A DNA stretch of 64,000 nucleotides, taken from contig JABLXJ010000013.1 of NCBI GenBank assembly GCA_013178125.1, positions 7,751-71,750 of the forward strand. Reading direction: 5' to 3'. The notes beneath the pieces are model-generated. The model did no database searches and was not told the DNA's origin. It saw only the letters and a list, made by a program, of their open reading frames with translations. Each line of letters starts with the position of its first letter. Position 1 is the first letter of the stretch. Below, piece by piece: positions 29,755-38,800 of the stretch. Both the position numbers and the translations under genes were made by a program. Origin of the DNA: Bacillota bacterium (GTDB taxonomy: Bacteria; Bacillota; SHA-98; Ch115; JABLXJ01).

Positions 29755-30540
29755 TTGAACACGATACGGGCAGGCGGATTGGACGAGGGGGCGCAGGGTG
29801 AGGTCGTGGCTATGCGGGAGACTATACGGGGGACCGAGCCCGCGACGACCGCGGCGCGGGAGATGACGCTTATCAAGCACCTTGAGGAGCTCCGGGCCAG
29901 GATCATCAACGCGGTGGTTGCCGTGCTCGCAGCGAGCTGCCTCGTTTACCTGAAGGTGGACTGGATCCTGGCGGCGATCACCAGGCCCGTGGGGAGTCTG
30001 GTCTTTTTGAGCCCTGCAGAGGCCTTTGTTGTCCGGATCAAGCTGGCTCTGGTGGGCGGCGCGATCCTGGCGGGGCCAGTCATCCTTTTTGAGGCATGGA
30101 GATTTGCAGCTCCCGCCCTCACGCCTGCGGAGGCGAGACAGGCACTCCTCTTCCTGCCGGCGGCGTTCGTAGCCTTTTTTGTTGGGGCCGCTTTTAGCTT
30201 GCTGGTCGCCTTCCCCGTCGCAATGAAGTTCTTGATGAAGTTTGCCACCCCGCAGCTAATCCCCATGATATCCATCGGTGAATATGTTTCCTTTGCGGTC
30301 CTGTTGACCGTTAGCCTCGGGCTGGTCTTTGAGATGCCGCTTGCGATCTTGTTGCTCACCAGGCTAGGCCTTGTGACCCCCCGCGGCCTCGCGGCCAGGC
30401 GCAGATACGTGATCCTGGGGGTCTTTGTCGTCGCCGCCGTGATAACACCGACGGTGGATATGATTTCTCAAGTGCTGGTTGCCGCGCCCTTGTGGGCCCT
30501 GTTCGAAATCGGGGTCCTGCTCGCGAGGTTCGCCGGCTAG
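29755..30540 (+). CDS. tatC: Twin-arginine translocase subunit TatC
   Basis: LIKHLEELRARII N-region and a six-TM TatC-like body. The true start is probably internal (ATG at 29812 or 29863). No tatA was seen alongside. Confidence 0.85.
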   Translation: MNTIRAGGLDEGAQGEVVAMRETIRGTEPATTAAREMTLIKHLEELRARIINAVVAVLAASCLVYLKVDWILAAITRPVGSLVFLSPAEAFVVRIKLALVGGAILAGPVILFEAWRFAAPALTPAEARQALLFLPAAFVAFFVGAAFSLLVAFPVAMKFLMKFATPQLIPMISIGEYVSFAVLLTVSLGLVFEMPLAILLLTRLGLVTPRGLAARRRYVILGVFVVAAVITPTVDMISQVLVAAPLWALFEIGVLLARFAG

Positions 30541-30543
30541 CCG

Positions 30544-31842
30544 TCATCTCTTAATTTCCCTGAAGACCTGCACCGATACTATGCAGCATATAGCCCAGAA
30601 GCCTCCTATTGCAAATCCTGCCAGGACATCGCTGGGGTAGTGCACCCCGAGGTAGACCCGGCTCGCCCCGATCATCAATATGAGGAGGAGTCCTGCGAGG
30701 AGTATTACCGGTTTCACCAGTTTACCCCTGCCTGGCTTGATATTCACAAGCAGGAGATATACCAGGGCCCCCAGAACCGCGGTGGACACGGTGGCGTGGC
30801 CGCTCGGGAAGCTGAAACCCGAGGCCTCCACCAGCCGGGGATAGTCCGGGCGCGGCCGTTGGAAGATCGCCTTCAGGAAGCTTTCGAGGAATACTCCACC
30901 GGCAAGCGCAAGAGGAGGGGTGAGGCAATCAAGGCGGCGACCAGTATGATGCAGGATATAGCTCGCAACCAGAGCCACTCCTATCAAGGCGACGGGGGAT
31001 CCGATCATGGATAGGAGGCGCATGGTGCCTACGGCACCCGGGCCGAATACCGTCCTTACCAGAAGAGTTACGGCGTTATCCAGCCTGTAGAGTTCGTTTT
31101 CAAAGAGATCCTCGGCGAGTTCAGTGAAGATGAAGAGGAATGAGAGTCCTAGGGTGAGGCCGGTGGCGATGAAAACGGCGAATTCCCACTCTGGCCTGAA
31201 GAAACGCTTGACCATGAGCTCCAGGTGATCCCGCACATCAATTAGCTGCTTCCGCACCGCGAGGAGAGTTCCGACATGTCTTGAGAGTATATACCCTACG
31301 ATCAGCGCTACAGCGATTCCGATGGTTATGATCCCTGAATATCTTGCAAGGAACTGGGTTGCCGCAGGTCCCATGATCATAATGACTGCGGCCTCCAGGA
31401 AGAACCGCATTCCTCTCCCGAGGAGTGATGCCCATACAAGGGTGACTTTGCTTACACGAAAGACGCCGGAGGCGATGGTGAATACCTTGTAAGGTATCGG
31501 CGTCAGCGCAGCTATGAGTATGGCCCACCCTCCATACCGGGCGAACAATCCCTCAGTCTGGCGCGTTCGGGTCGTCCCTGCCAGGCGCTCCAGGAGAGGT
31601 CGACCCGCCGCCCCCCCGATTACATGGCCGAAAACCCCTCCGAGGGTTGAAAATACCGTGCACAGGAACGCATACCAGAGGGCAAGACCGGGTGACATCA
31701 GGCATAGTGGAATCAAGACCACGTCCGGCGGCACAGGGAAAAAGGATGCCTCTGCGAAGGCGACGACTGACAATCCGAGAATGCCATACTTTGTAAACAT
31801 ATCAGCGGAATGTGCAATGAAATCCAGTAAGGGCTGCCACAA
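30544..31842 (-). CDS. Fusion membrane protein: DedA/VTT (SNARE-associated) domain plus PAP2 acid phosphatase domain
   Basis: N-terminal half has AFAEASFFPVPPDVVLIP (DedA-type). C-terminal half has PAP2 motifs KAIFQRPRP, PSGHA and SRVYLGVHYPSDV. Confidence 0.75.
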   Translation of the reverse strand: MWQPLLDFIAHSADMFTKYGILGLSVVAFAEASFFPVPPDVVLIPLCLMSPGLALWYAFLCTVFSTLGGVFGHVIGGAAGRPLLERLAGTTRTRQTEGLFARYGGWAILIAALTPIPYKVFTIASGVFRVSKVTLVWASLLGRGMRFFLEAAVIMIMGPAATQFLARYSGIITIGIAVALIVGYILSRHVGTLLAVRKQLIDVRDHLELMVKRFFRPEWEFAVFIATGLTLGLSFLFIFTELAEDLFENELYRLDNAVTLLVRTVFGPGAVGTMRLLSMIGSPVALIGVALVASYILHHTGRRLDCLTPPLALAGGVFLESFLKAIFQRPRPDYPRLVEASGFSFPSGHATVSTAVLGALVYLLLVNIKPGRGKLVKPVILLAGLLLILMIGASRVYLGVHYPSDVLAGFAIGGFWAICCIVSVQVFREIKR

Positions 31843-32087
31843 GAATTATCACCCTAATCCATCCGCTCCGATTTCGGCCAGATGGCCATACGGACATTTC
31901 ATTTCTAGTTTACCACTTGAAATTATCGAAACGCAAGGCTAAATCCTCGAAGCCCTAGGGCTACGTTATTTTGGGAGGCCGATGAAGGAGACATGTGGCA
32001 GGTGACGAATTATTATCGGAGAATAAGAGAGGGGCGTTTAGTGTATTCCTAACCAATCGCTACCCGGCGCCGTGCTTAGAAGTGGTA

Positions 32088-32096
32088 TGGTATAAT
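32088..32096 (+). promoter_or_regulatory. Extended -10 promoter element (TGGTATAAT) upstream of the ATPase gene
   Basis: TGnTATAAT at 32088-32096, about 80 nt upstream of the ATG at 32177. No good -35 element. Confidence 0.35.
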
Positions 32097-32176
32097 TAGG
32101 ACGACATGGAAAACCATATCTATCTGAAGGTGCTTTGAAGGTGTTTGAGGGTAAGGTGTTCGAGGGAGGTAGAGCA

Positions 32177-34003
32177 ATGGTCGAGGCTGTTGAGGCTAAG
32201 GTGCTGCCGGTCGAGGAGATGGTCTCTGAGGAGGAGTTTACCGACCGGGTGGAGATACTGAGGGAGCTCGAGGACTGGTACCGCAACATCAAGCGCAGGA
32301 TCTCGAGCAGCCTTGCGCTGATCTCTCCGCGCCGCATGGGCAAGACCGCCGTGCTGGACAAGCTGGTCAATACCGTATTCTTCAAGGACTATGACGTAGC
32401 TCCCTTCTACTTCAAGATGAAACGGGAGGAGACCACGCTCCGGAAGTTCCTGCTGGAATATTACACTACGTTCTTCCGGCAGTATATTGCATATATGTTG
32501 AAAGATCCCGCTCTCTATAGGGATAGGAAGGTAGACCTTACGGCTCTTCTAGGCTGGAAGACGCGCGATGAGAGGGTGCGCTATGTTCAAGAGGAGCATA
32601 TTAAGGTCTTTGCCAGGCGATATGAGGAACGTGACTGGCGGGATGCACGAAACCACTGGGAGGATATGATCGCAACCCCCGAATTTCTCGGGGCGGTTCT
32701 CGGGACCCATGTAGCTGTTATTATCGATGAATTCCAGGATATGAAGTTTTACATTTTTGACGTAAGCGAGGAGCGCCTGGAACAGATCAAGAACGAGCGT
32801 AAGGGTGAGCCAGGCTATGGCGGGGTGGACCTTACAGCCACATATGACCGCCAATCCCAGAGCAGGCGCGCGCCCATGCTGGTCTCGGGCTCTGCCGTAA
32901 CCATGATATTCCGCACCGTCATGGGTGGGCCCCTCGGAGGCCGCTTCGGCTTCAAGTACTTGAAGCCCATGACGATCGAGGATGGCGCAACCCTGATGAA
33001 GAAGCTCCTCAGGGCGCGGGGCTTGGGCATCACCGATGAGCTTGCCATATACTTAAGTTCCAGGGTAAACGGCCACCCATACTACGTATACTGCTGCGCC
33101 GAATCTGACTACCCTGAAAAGGACTTCACCACGAAGGATGGCATCGACAGGGTCATAGAATACGAGGTCACAAGGGGCAAGATATTCGGCTTCTGGGAGA
33201 CCCATTTTGCAGAGAATAGGCAGTATATAAACCAGGATAACGATGTTGAGCTTGGGAAGAAGATCATCTACTACTTCACGAAATACAATAACGCCCCTGT
33301 GGATATCGGGGAGATAGCAGGCAAGCTCGGGGTGAGCAAGTACGCTGTTGAGGAGAAGATCGAGAAGCTCTACCAGGCAGACCTGGTCTACAGGAGCGAC
33401 TTCAAGTATTACACCTTCAACGACATCATGCTCATGCGCTACATCCAGCACCGGTATGAGAACGAGCTAAAGGATATCGAGAAGGTGGACCTCAAGGAGC
33501 AGGGGCTCTTCAACTACGTTAAGGGCAAGCTCCTCGAGATGGTGGTCCAGAATGTGATGTCCAGGTTCAACAACGAGGAGCTCGACGGTAGGCTTTTTGG
33601 CCATCCGGGGGAGGTCATCACAGCGCCCCTTTTCAGGATGCGGGGGGATACGGTTGTAAAGCTACCCACCTCCAGGGAGTACCAGATCGATGCATTCGGG
33701 ATATATGACCAGGATGGGACGAGGCACCTATGGGTTGCGGAGTGTAAGTATCGTAAGGGTGATCCCATGACATCAGAGGAGGTAAGGAAGGCGCTCGAGG
33801 CGGCGGATGCGCTGAAGGAGATGCGGATGGCCCGGGATCTCACGGTATGGCTTGTGTCGACGGGCGGGTTTACAAGGGATGCGCTTACGCTGATGCAGGA
33901 GAGCGAGGCGCAAAAGAGGCGCTGCCTTTTCTCAGGCCAGGATGAGATAAATGAGATAGCACGGCTGTATGGTATAGGGGTGAAGATTGTAGAGCTCGAG
34001 TGA
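32177..34003 (+). CDS. Arch-ATPase (PF01637-like) P-loop NTPase with a C-terminal DUF234/PD-(D/E)xK-like module
   Basis: FTDRVEILRELEDW...ISPRRMGKTAVL (Walker A), VAVIIDEFQD (Walker B), and C-terminal YQIDAFG...LWVAECKYRK (a D...ExK nuclease-like motif). ATG at 32177 follows GAGGGAGG; the ORF track start is 32135. Confidence 0.7.
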   Translation: MVEAVEAKVLPVEEMVSEEEFTDRVEILRELEDWYRNIKRRISSSLALISPRRMGKTAVLDKLVNTVFFKDYDVAPFYFKMKREETTLRKFLLEYYTTFFRQYIAYMLKDPALYRDRKVDLTALLGWKTRDERVRYVQEEHIKVFARRYEERDWRDARNHWEDMIATPEFLGAVLGTHVAVIIDEFQDMKFYIFDVSEERLEQIKNERKGEPGYGGVDLTATYDRQSQSRRAPMLVSGSAVTMIFRTVMGGPLGGRFGFKYLKPMTIEDGATLMKKLLRARGLGITDELAIYLSSRVNGHPYYVYCCAESDYPEKDFTTKDGIDRVIEYEVTRGKIFGFWETHFAENRQYINQDNDVELGKKIIYYFTKYNNAPVDIGEIAGKLGVSKYAVEEKIEKLYQADLVYRSDFKYYTFNDIMLMRYIQHRYENELKDIEKVDLKEQGLFNYVKGKLLEMVVQNVMSRFNNEELDGRLFGHPGEVITAPLFRMRGDTVVKLPTSREYQIDAFGIYDQDGTRHLWVAECKYRKGDPMTSEEVRKALEAADALKEMRMARDLTVWLVSTGGFTRDALTLMQESEAQKRRCLFSGQDEINEIARLYGIGVKIVELE

Positions 34004-34094
34004 TGGTTAGAGGCTGGATCCCTAAGGTCCCTATAATGTATATCATTGCTGTGCGCATCCCGGAGCCGTTCAAATTGGCGCTGTCAGCCGGGAT

Positions 34095-34382
34095 AGTGCT
34101 AGCCACGAGCACTGTCAGCCGGGAACAATGTTAGTGACCGACATCGTCTGTCAGGAACAATGCTAATAGCCAGCATCGTCCATCGGAAACAGTGCTGATG
34201 GTTAACATCATCCGTTAGGAACAATGCTAGTGGTTAACATTGTCCGTCAGGAATAATGTTGGTGGCCAACACTGTTCCCCCGGAATAGTGTTAATGGCTA
34301 GCACTATCCGGCGGTGACAATGCTAATGGCTAGCATCGTCTGCCAGGGACAGTGTTAATAGCTAGCACTATAACCCTCAAAT
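34095..34382. repeat. Nine tandem 32-bp units, each with a 19-21-nt imperfect palindrome ARTGYTRRTRRYYRRCAYYRT plus a variable linker
   Basis: Core starts at 34095, 34127, 34159, 34191, 34223, 34255, 34287, 34319 and 34351, an exact 32-bp phase. The arms covary (for example AGTGCT/AGCACT versus AATGCT/AGCATC). Confidence 0.9.
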
Positions 34383-34390
34383 CCACTGTT

Positions 34391-34425
34391 AGGCGGGGTT
34401 ATCCCCGCCTAATTATTATTTATTG
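34391..34425 (+). terminator. Rho-independent terminator
   Basis: Hairpin AGGCGGGG-TTAT-CCCCGCCT (34391-34410) followed by the T-rich tract AATTATTATTTATT. Confidence 0.6.
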
Positions 34426-34629
34426 TGCGCCCGGTAATTATCTTGGCTACTGTTTTACGGGTGCGCTCTGGAACGAGGTGGGACCTGATGGGATACTATT
34501 ATGGTTCATCATGGTTTTCTTATAGCAGATGTGGAGGGAATATGTATCTCACGGAGAATAGTAGTGGTAGTATGATCGTGCCGGGCTGTGAGACTATAAG
34601 GCCATATTAAGGTATATCTGAGGTATGCA

Positions 34630-35688
34630 TTGGCATGCCTCATATACATCGAGGCTGGTTTGTTTGTGAAAGATTATAGGCATAGAAATGACGGGTATAA
34701 CCACGGAGCCTACCGTGGCAGGGAGCAGGCCTCCGGGGCTGGGATCGCCGGCAGGGGCCGGTCGCGGACTCTCTTGTCTGGTCTTATCTTTGTAGCTCTC
34801 TTATTGGCGGGCTTTACGGGTATAGGGGTATTGAATAGAGGAGTATTGAATAGCCGCCAGGTAGGGAATCCCGAACCTGCTGGTACACCGAGCCTGTACC
34901 CTGCAGGGGAGTCGAGAAGGCTCCAAGGGGTCCGGGGGGAGGATGGTCCGGGCGAAAATCCAGGCGAAAGCCCGGTCGAGGGTCTGGGCGAGGGCTCGGG
35001 CGGGGACCTGCTTGACCGCGTGAGGGCGGCCGGGCCTGATTTCGAACGGCGGGTGACCGGCCTCGCGAAAGAGGCTGTGGAGCGCTTTGTGAGAACCGGT
35101 GTTGTGATGACGACTGCCACCCCACAGAGGGGTTATAAGAGGGGCTACGAGCGCGCCGGCCGCCATGAGCATGAGTATGAGCATGAGCATGGGCGCGAGC
35201 ACGCTGGCCAGGGAGAAGGGGCGGCTCAGGAGGAGGTTGACCTGCTGCTCTCGGAGCGCGCGGGCGTGTTCGTTACAATTATCGCAAATAACAGGGTCCG
35301 CGGCTGCGTCGGCAGCATCTCCCCTCAGCAGGATTCCATCGAGGCCGAGATCATCCATAATGCGGTAATGGCCGCGAGCGCTGATATGAGACATCCCCCG
35401 GTGCGGGAGGATGAGCTCGTTGAGTTGGGCTATTCGGTGGCGATCGTGGGGAGGGTCGAGCGGGTGGACCCGGGCATGGAGTTTGACCCGGGGGCGTTTG
35501 GCGTCCTGGTAACCCCGGTTCCGGGAGGGGAAGGCCGCGCAGGGGTGATACTCCCCGGGGAGGCGAGGACGTGGTCCAAAGCGGTTTCGTGGGCGATGCA
35601 GGAGGCGGGCATCTCGTCCGGAGAGGTATTCGAGGTTCAAAGGTTTCAGGCGGCGAGCTTCGGCAAGAAGCTCGAGCTTTACCGCTGA
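34630..35688 (+). CDS. Membrane-anchored AMMECR1-domain protein
   Basis: TM segment LLSGLIFVALLLAGFTGIGVL, a disordered Gly/Pro/Glu linker, a HEHEYEHEHGREH tract, then the AMMECR1 core (GVFVTIIANNRVRGCVGSISP...). Start uncertain (TTG at 34630 or GTG at 34666). Confidence 0.7.
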   Translation: MACLIYIEAGLFVKDYRHRNDGYNHGAYRGREQASGAGIAGRGRSRTLLSGLIFVALLLAGFTGIGVLNRGVLNSRQVGNPEPAGTPSLYPAGESRRLQGVRGEDGPGENPGESPVEGLGEGSGGDLLDRVRAAGPDFERRVTGLAKEAVERFVRTGVVMTTATPQRGYKRGYERAGRHEHEYEHEHGREHAGQGEGAAQEEVDLLLSERAGVFVTIIANNRVRGCVGSISPQQDSIEAEIIHNAVMAASADMRHPPVREDELVELGYSVAIVGRVERVDPGMEFDPGAFGVLVTPVPGGEGRAGVILPGEARTWSKAVSWAMQEAGISSGEVFEVQRFQAASFGKKLELYR

Positions 35689-35853
35689 CGCATGCCGCCG
35701 TGCCGTCAGCGGCCCGGTGATTCAGTTTATACCAGCAATCCAGCTGGCGCCAGCGATCGAGCAACCGAGCAACCGAGTAATCGGGCAATCGAGCTGGCCA
35801 CCCCAGCTGGCCATCCAGACGCCGATACCATCCAGAGATCGGGGGTGGGCTCC

Positions 35854-38800
35854 ATGCAATGTTGCGTGAAGGATAGGCTGGATAGATGCAGAGATGAAAA
35901 TGAACCCGGGTATAGCGGGGACAGAGCTCGGGGTGGAGTCCGAGGTGGAGTCCGATATGAAGCTCTATGTATCTTAGCCCTCATTTGGGCTCTACTGTGC
36001 GTTCTCATGCCTGGCGCCGCGCCGGCTGCAGTGTGGGCCCGCGAGGCGGCCCCCTTTTATCTTTACACGACCGAGAGGGTATTCTCTCCTCAAGAGAAGC
36101 CCTACGTCATGGCGCGAGGCACCGGCGCCGGGAGCGGGGCCGGGACCCCAAGGGGCCTGGAGCTCGAGTTCGAAGTCTACCGGTTCGATCCCTTCACTCT
36201 CATTGAGAAGGAGAAGACCCTCAGCAGGGTCGGCAGTGTTACCCCCGAGGATGCGCGGCTGGTTGCGAGCTTCTCTCTTACGCCGCGAAGGCGGGATAAA
36301 TCAGGCGACTTCCTGCTCAAGGTGCCGTTTTCCCCGCCCGGACCTGGCGGCTACCTGGTCGTTGCCAGGGATCAGCGAGGGAGGAAGCAGGCCACATGGG
36401 TAATTGTAACCAGGCTTGGGCTGGTAACCAAGCAAGCAAATAACGCCCTAGTTGTCTACGCCCAGGATTTCGCCAGTGGTCGGCCATTCGCCGGGGTGCT
36501 CGTCAGGGTGTATGACGGCCATACCGCGATTGCGAGCGGCTATACCGACAGGAATGGCCTTCTCTATGTCGGGAAGGCCGGCCTCCCCAGGAATGCGGTG
36601 GTGGTTGCCCGCTACGGTCCAAACTTCGCGCACGTGAATTCCACATACTACTGGGAGGATTCGCGCTATAAGGTTTACGCCTATACCGACAGGCCGGTAT
36701 ACAGGCCGGGCCAGGAGGTCTTTTTCAAGGGGATAGCGCGCGAGGACACTGGCACGGGCGGGGACTACAGGGTGCTCGGGGGCGAAAAGGTCCTGGTGGA
36801 TATAAGAGACGCGGGCGACGCCTCAGTTTATCGCGCCGAGCTGGTGACAAACGAATTTGGAGCCTTTGGGGGGCAATTCACCCTTGGAAGGGAGCCCGCC
36901 CTAGGAACTTATCGTATTCTGACGACTGTGAAGGGGAGCACCCAGTATGCCTGGTTCAAGGTTGCCGAATATCGAAAGCCTGAATACCAGGTTACCGTGA
37001 AATGCCCCCGCCCCACCTATGTGGCTGGGGATCGCGTGCCGGTAGAGGTTTCGGCCAGCTATTATTTCGGAGCTCCGGTGGCCGGAGCGAGGGTTAGGTA
37101 TTATGTGTATAGCCAGCCGTACTATACATATTTCTCCCCTCCTGAGGAGGAGGGTTATTACTCGTATCTCAGCGACGAGGGGATGTATTACGGTGAATTG
37201 GTTACTCAGGGCGAGGCGAAGACCGATGGCGGTGGGGTGGCCAGGTTTTCGGTGGCGACCAGGAAAATCGGGCGCAACCGGCGCTTTATAATAGAGGCCC
37301 GGGTCGTGGATGAGAGCCGTAGGGAGGTCATGGGCCGGACCAGCGTTGTCGTGGCCCGGGGTACCTTTGAGATCGCCCTGCGGCCGGAGCGTTATGTGCT
37401 CAAGCCGCGCGAGCGAGTTGAGATCAAGGTCAGGACGGAGGATTTAGAGGGGAAGCCCGTGGCGCAACGCCTCGAGACCAGGGTCTACAGGGTCGAATGG
37501 CAGGGCAAGGTGATGCGAAGGTGGGAGGCGATGTCGGTCAGGGTGGCGACTGGCCGCGATGGCAGGGGCGGATTCACCTTCCTGCCGCGCGAGGAGGGCT
37601 CGTACGAGATCGAGATCAGGGGGAGCGATGAGCGGGGAAATGTTATTGCAACGACCGAGCTCATCTGGGTGACCGGCGAGGAGTATGTTCTTGATTCCTA
37701 TGGTGGGCCCGAGCTCGACATTGTGACGGATAAGGTCTCATATGATAGGAATGATGTCGCCAGGGTCGTGGTCAACACGACTCAGAAGGATGTCTTTGCC
37801 CTTGTGACCATTGAAGGTTATAGACTCTATTCAGCCGAGGTGGTTCACCTCGCTGGACACTCGCGCGTTTTCGAGATCCCCTTGAGGCGGGAGTATTCGC
37901 CAAACATCTATTTTGGGGTGACGCTTGTTGCAGGTAAACGCCTTATTTCCCGGGAAAAGGCCATCTATATATCGCCGCGCGAGAAGTTCCTGAATGTGAC
38001 CATCAAGCCCGACAAGGATACATACGGGCCCGGGGAGGAGGCAACCTATACCATAAAGGCCACGGATTCGGCGGGAAAGCCCGTGCGGGCGGAGCTCTCA
38101 TTCGGCCTCGTGGACGCGTCGGTCTACGCGGTTCAGGGTGAGATGGCCCCTGATATAAGAAGGTTCTTCTATGGGGCGCGGGCGAACAGGGTTGTGACCA
38201 ACTACTCCTTTCCCGAGTGGTATTACGGCGGCGCTGATAAGGATGCCGGGGCGGGCGAGACCCGGAAGTGGTTCCCCGACACGGCGGCCTGGGAGCCTTT
38301 CGTCATCACAGACGGCCGCGGGAACGCCAGGCTGAAGGTGAGGCTCCCTGATTCGCTCACCACGTGGAGGGCGACGGTGCGAGCCCACACGCTGGATACC
38401 TCCGTGGGAAGCGGGACCTGCGATATCCGGGCCAGCAAGGAATTCTTCGTAAGAGTGGCTACCCCGAGGTTCCTCACCCAGGGGGATGAGACGGTCATAT
38501 CGACGATCGTGCATAATTATACCTCGCGGAGCATTCAGGCCAAGGTCAGCCTCGAGGTCTCTGGATCTGGAGTTGAAATCGGCGCGGTCAGGGAGGCAGG
38601 GGGCGCGTCCGCAGGTTCAGGTGGAGGTAAAGGCAAAGGTGAAGGTGAAGAGGGTGCGGCGACGGCGAGAGGCGCGGCCATGGCTAAGGGGGTCCGGGCC
38701 GGAGCTGGGGCTGGAGCTGGAGCGAGGGTGGTGAGTGTTGCACCGGGCGGGGCCGGGCGGGTCGACTGGCGCGTGAAGGCGAATGGGGTTGGCAACGCCA

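Noticed and set aside
34081-34382. The 32-bp array as a CRISPR locus
   Set aside because: The conserved core (about 21 nt) and the linkers (about 11 nt) are too short, the cores themselves vary, and no cas genes or leader are present.
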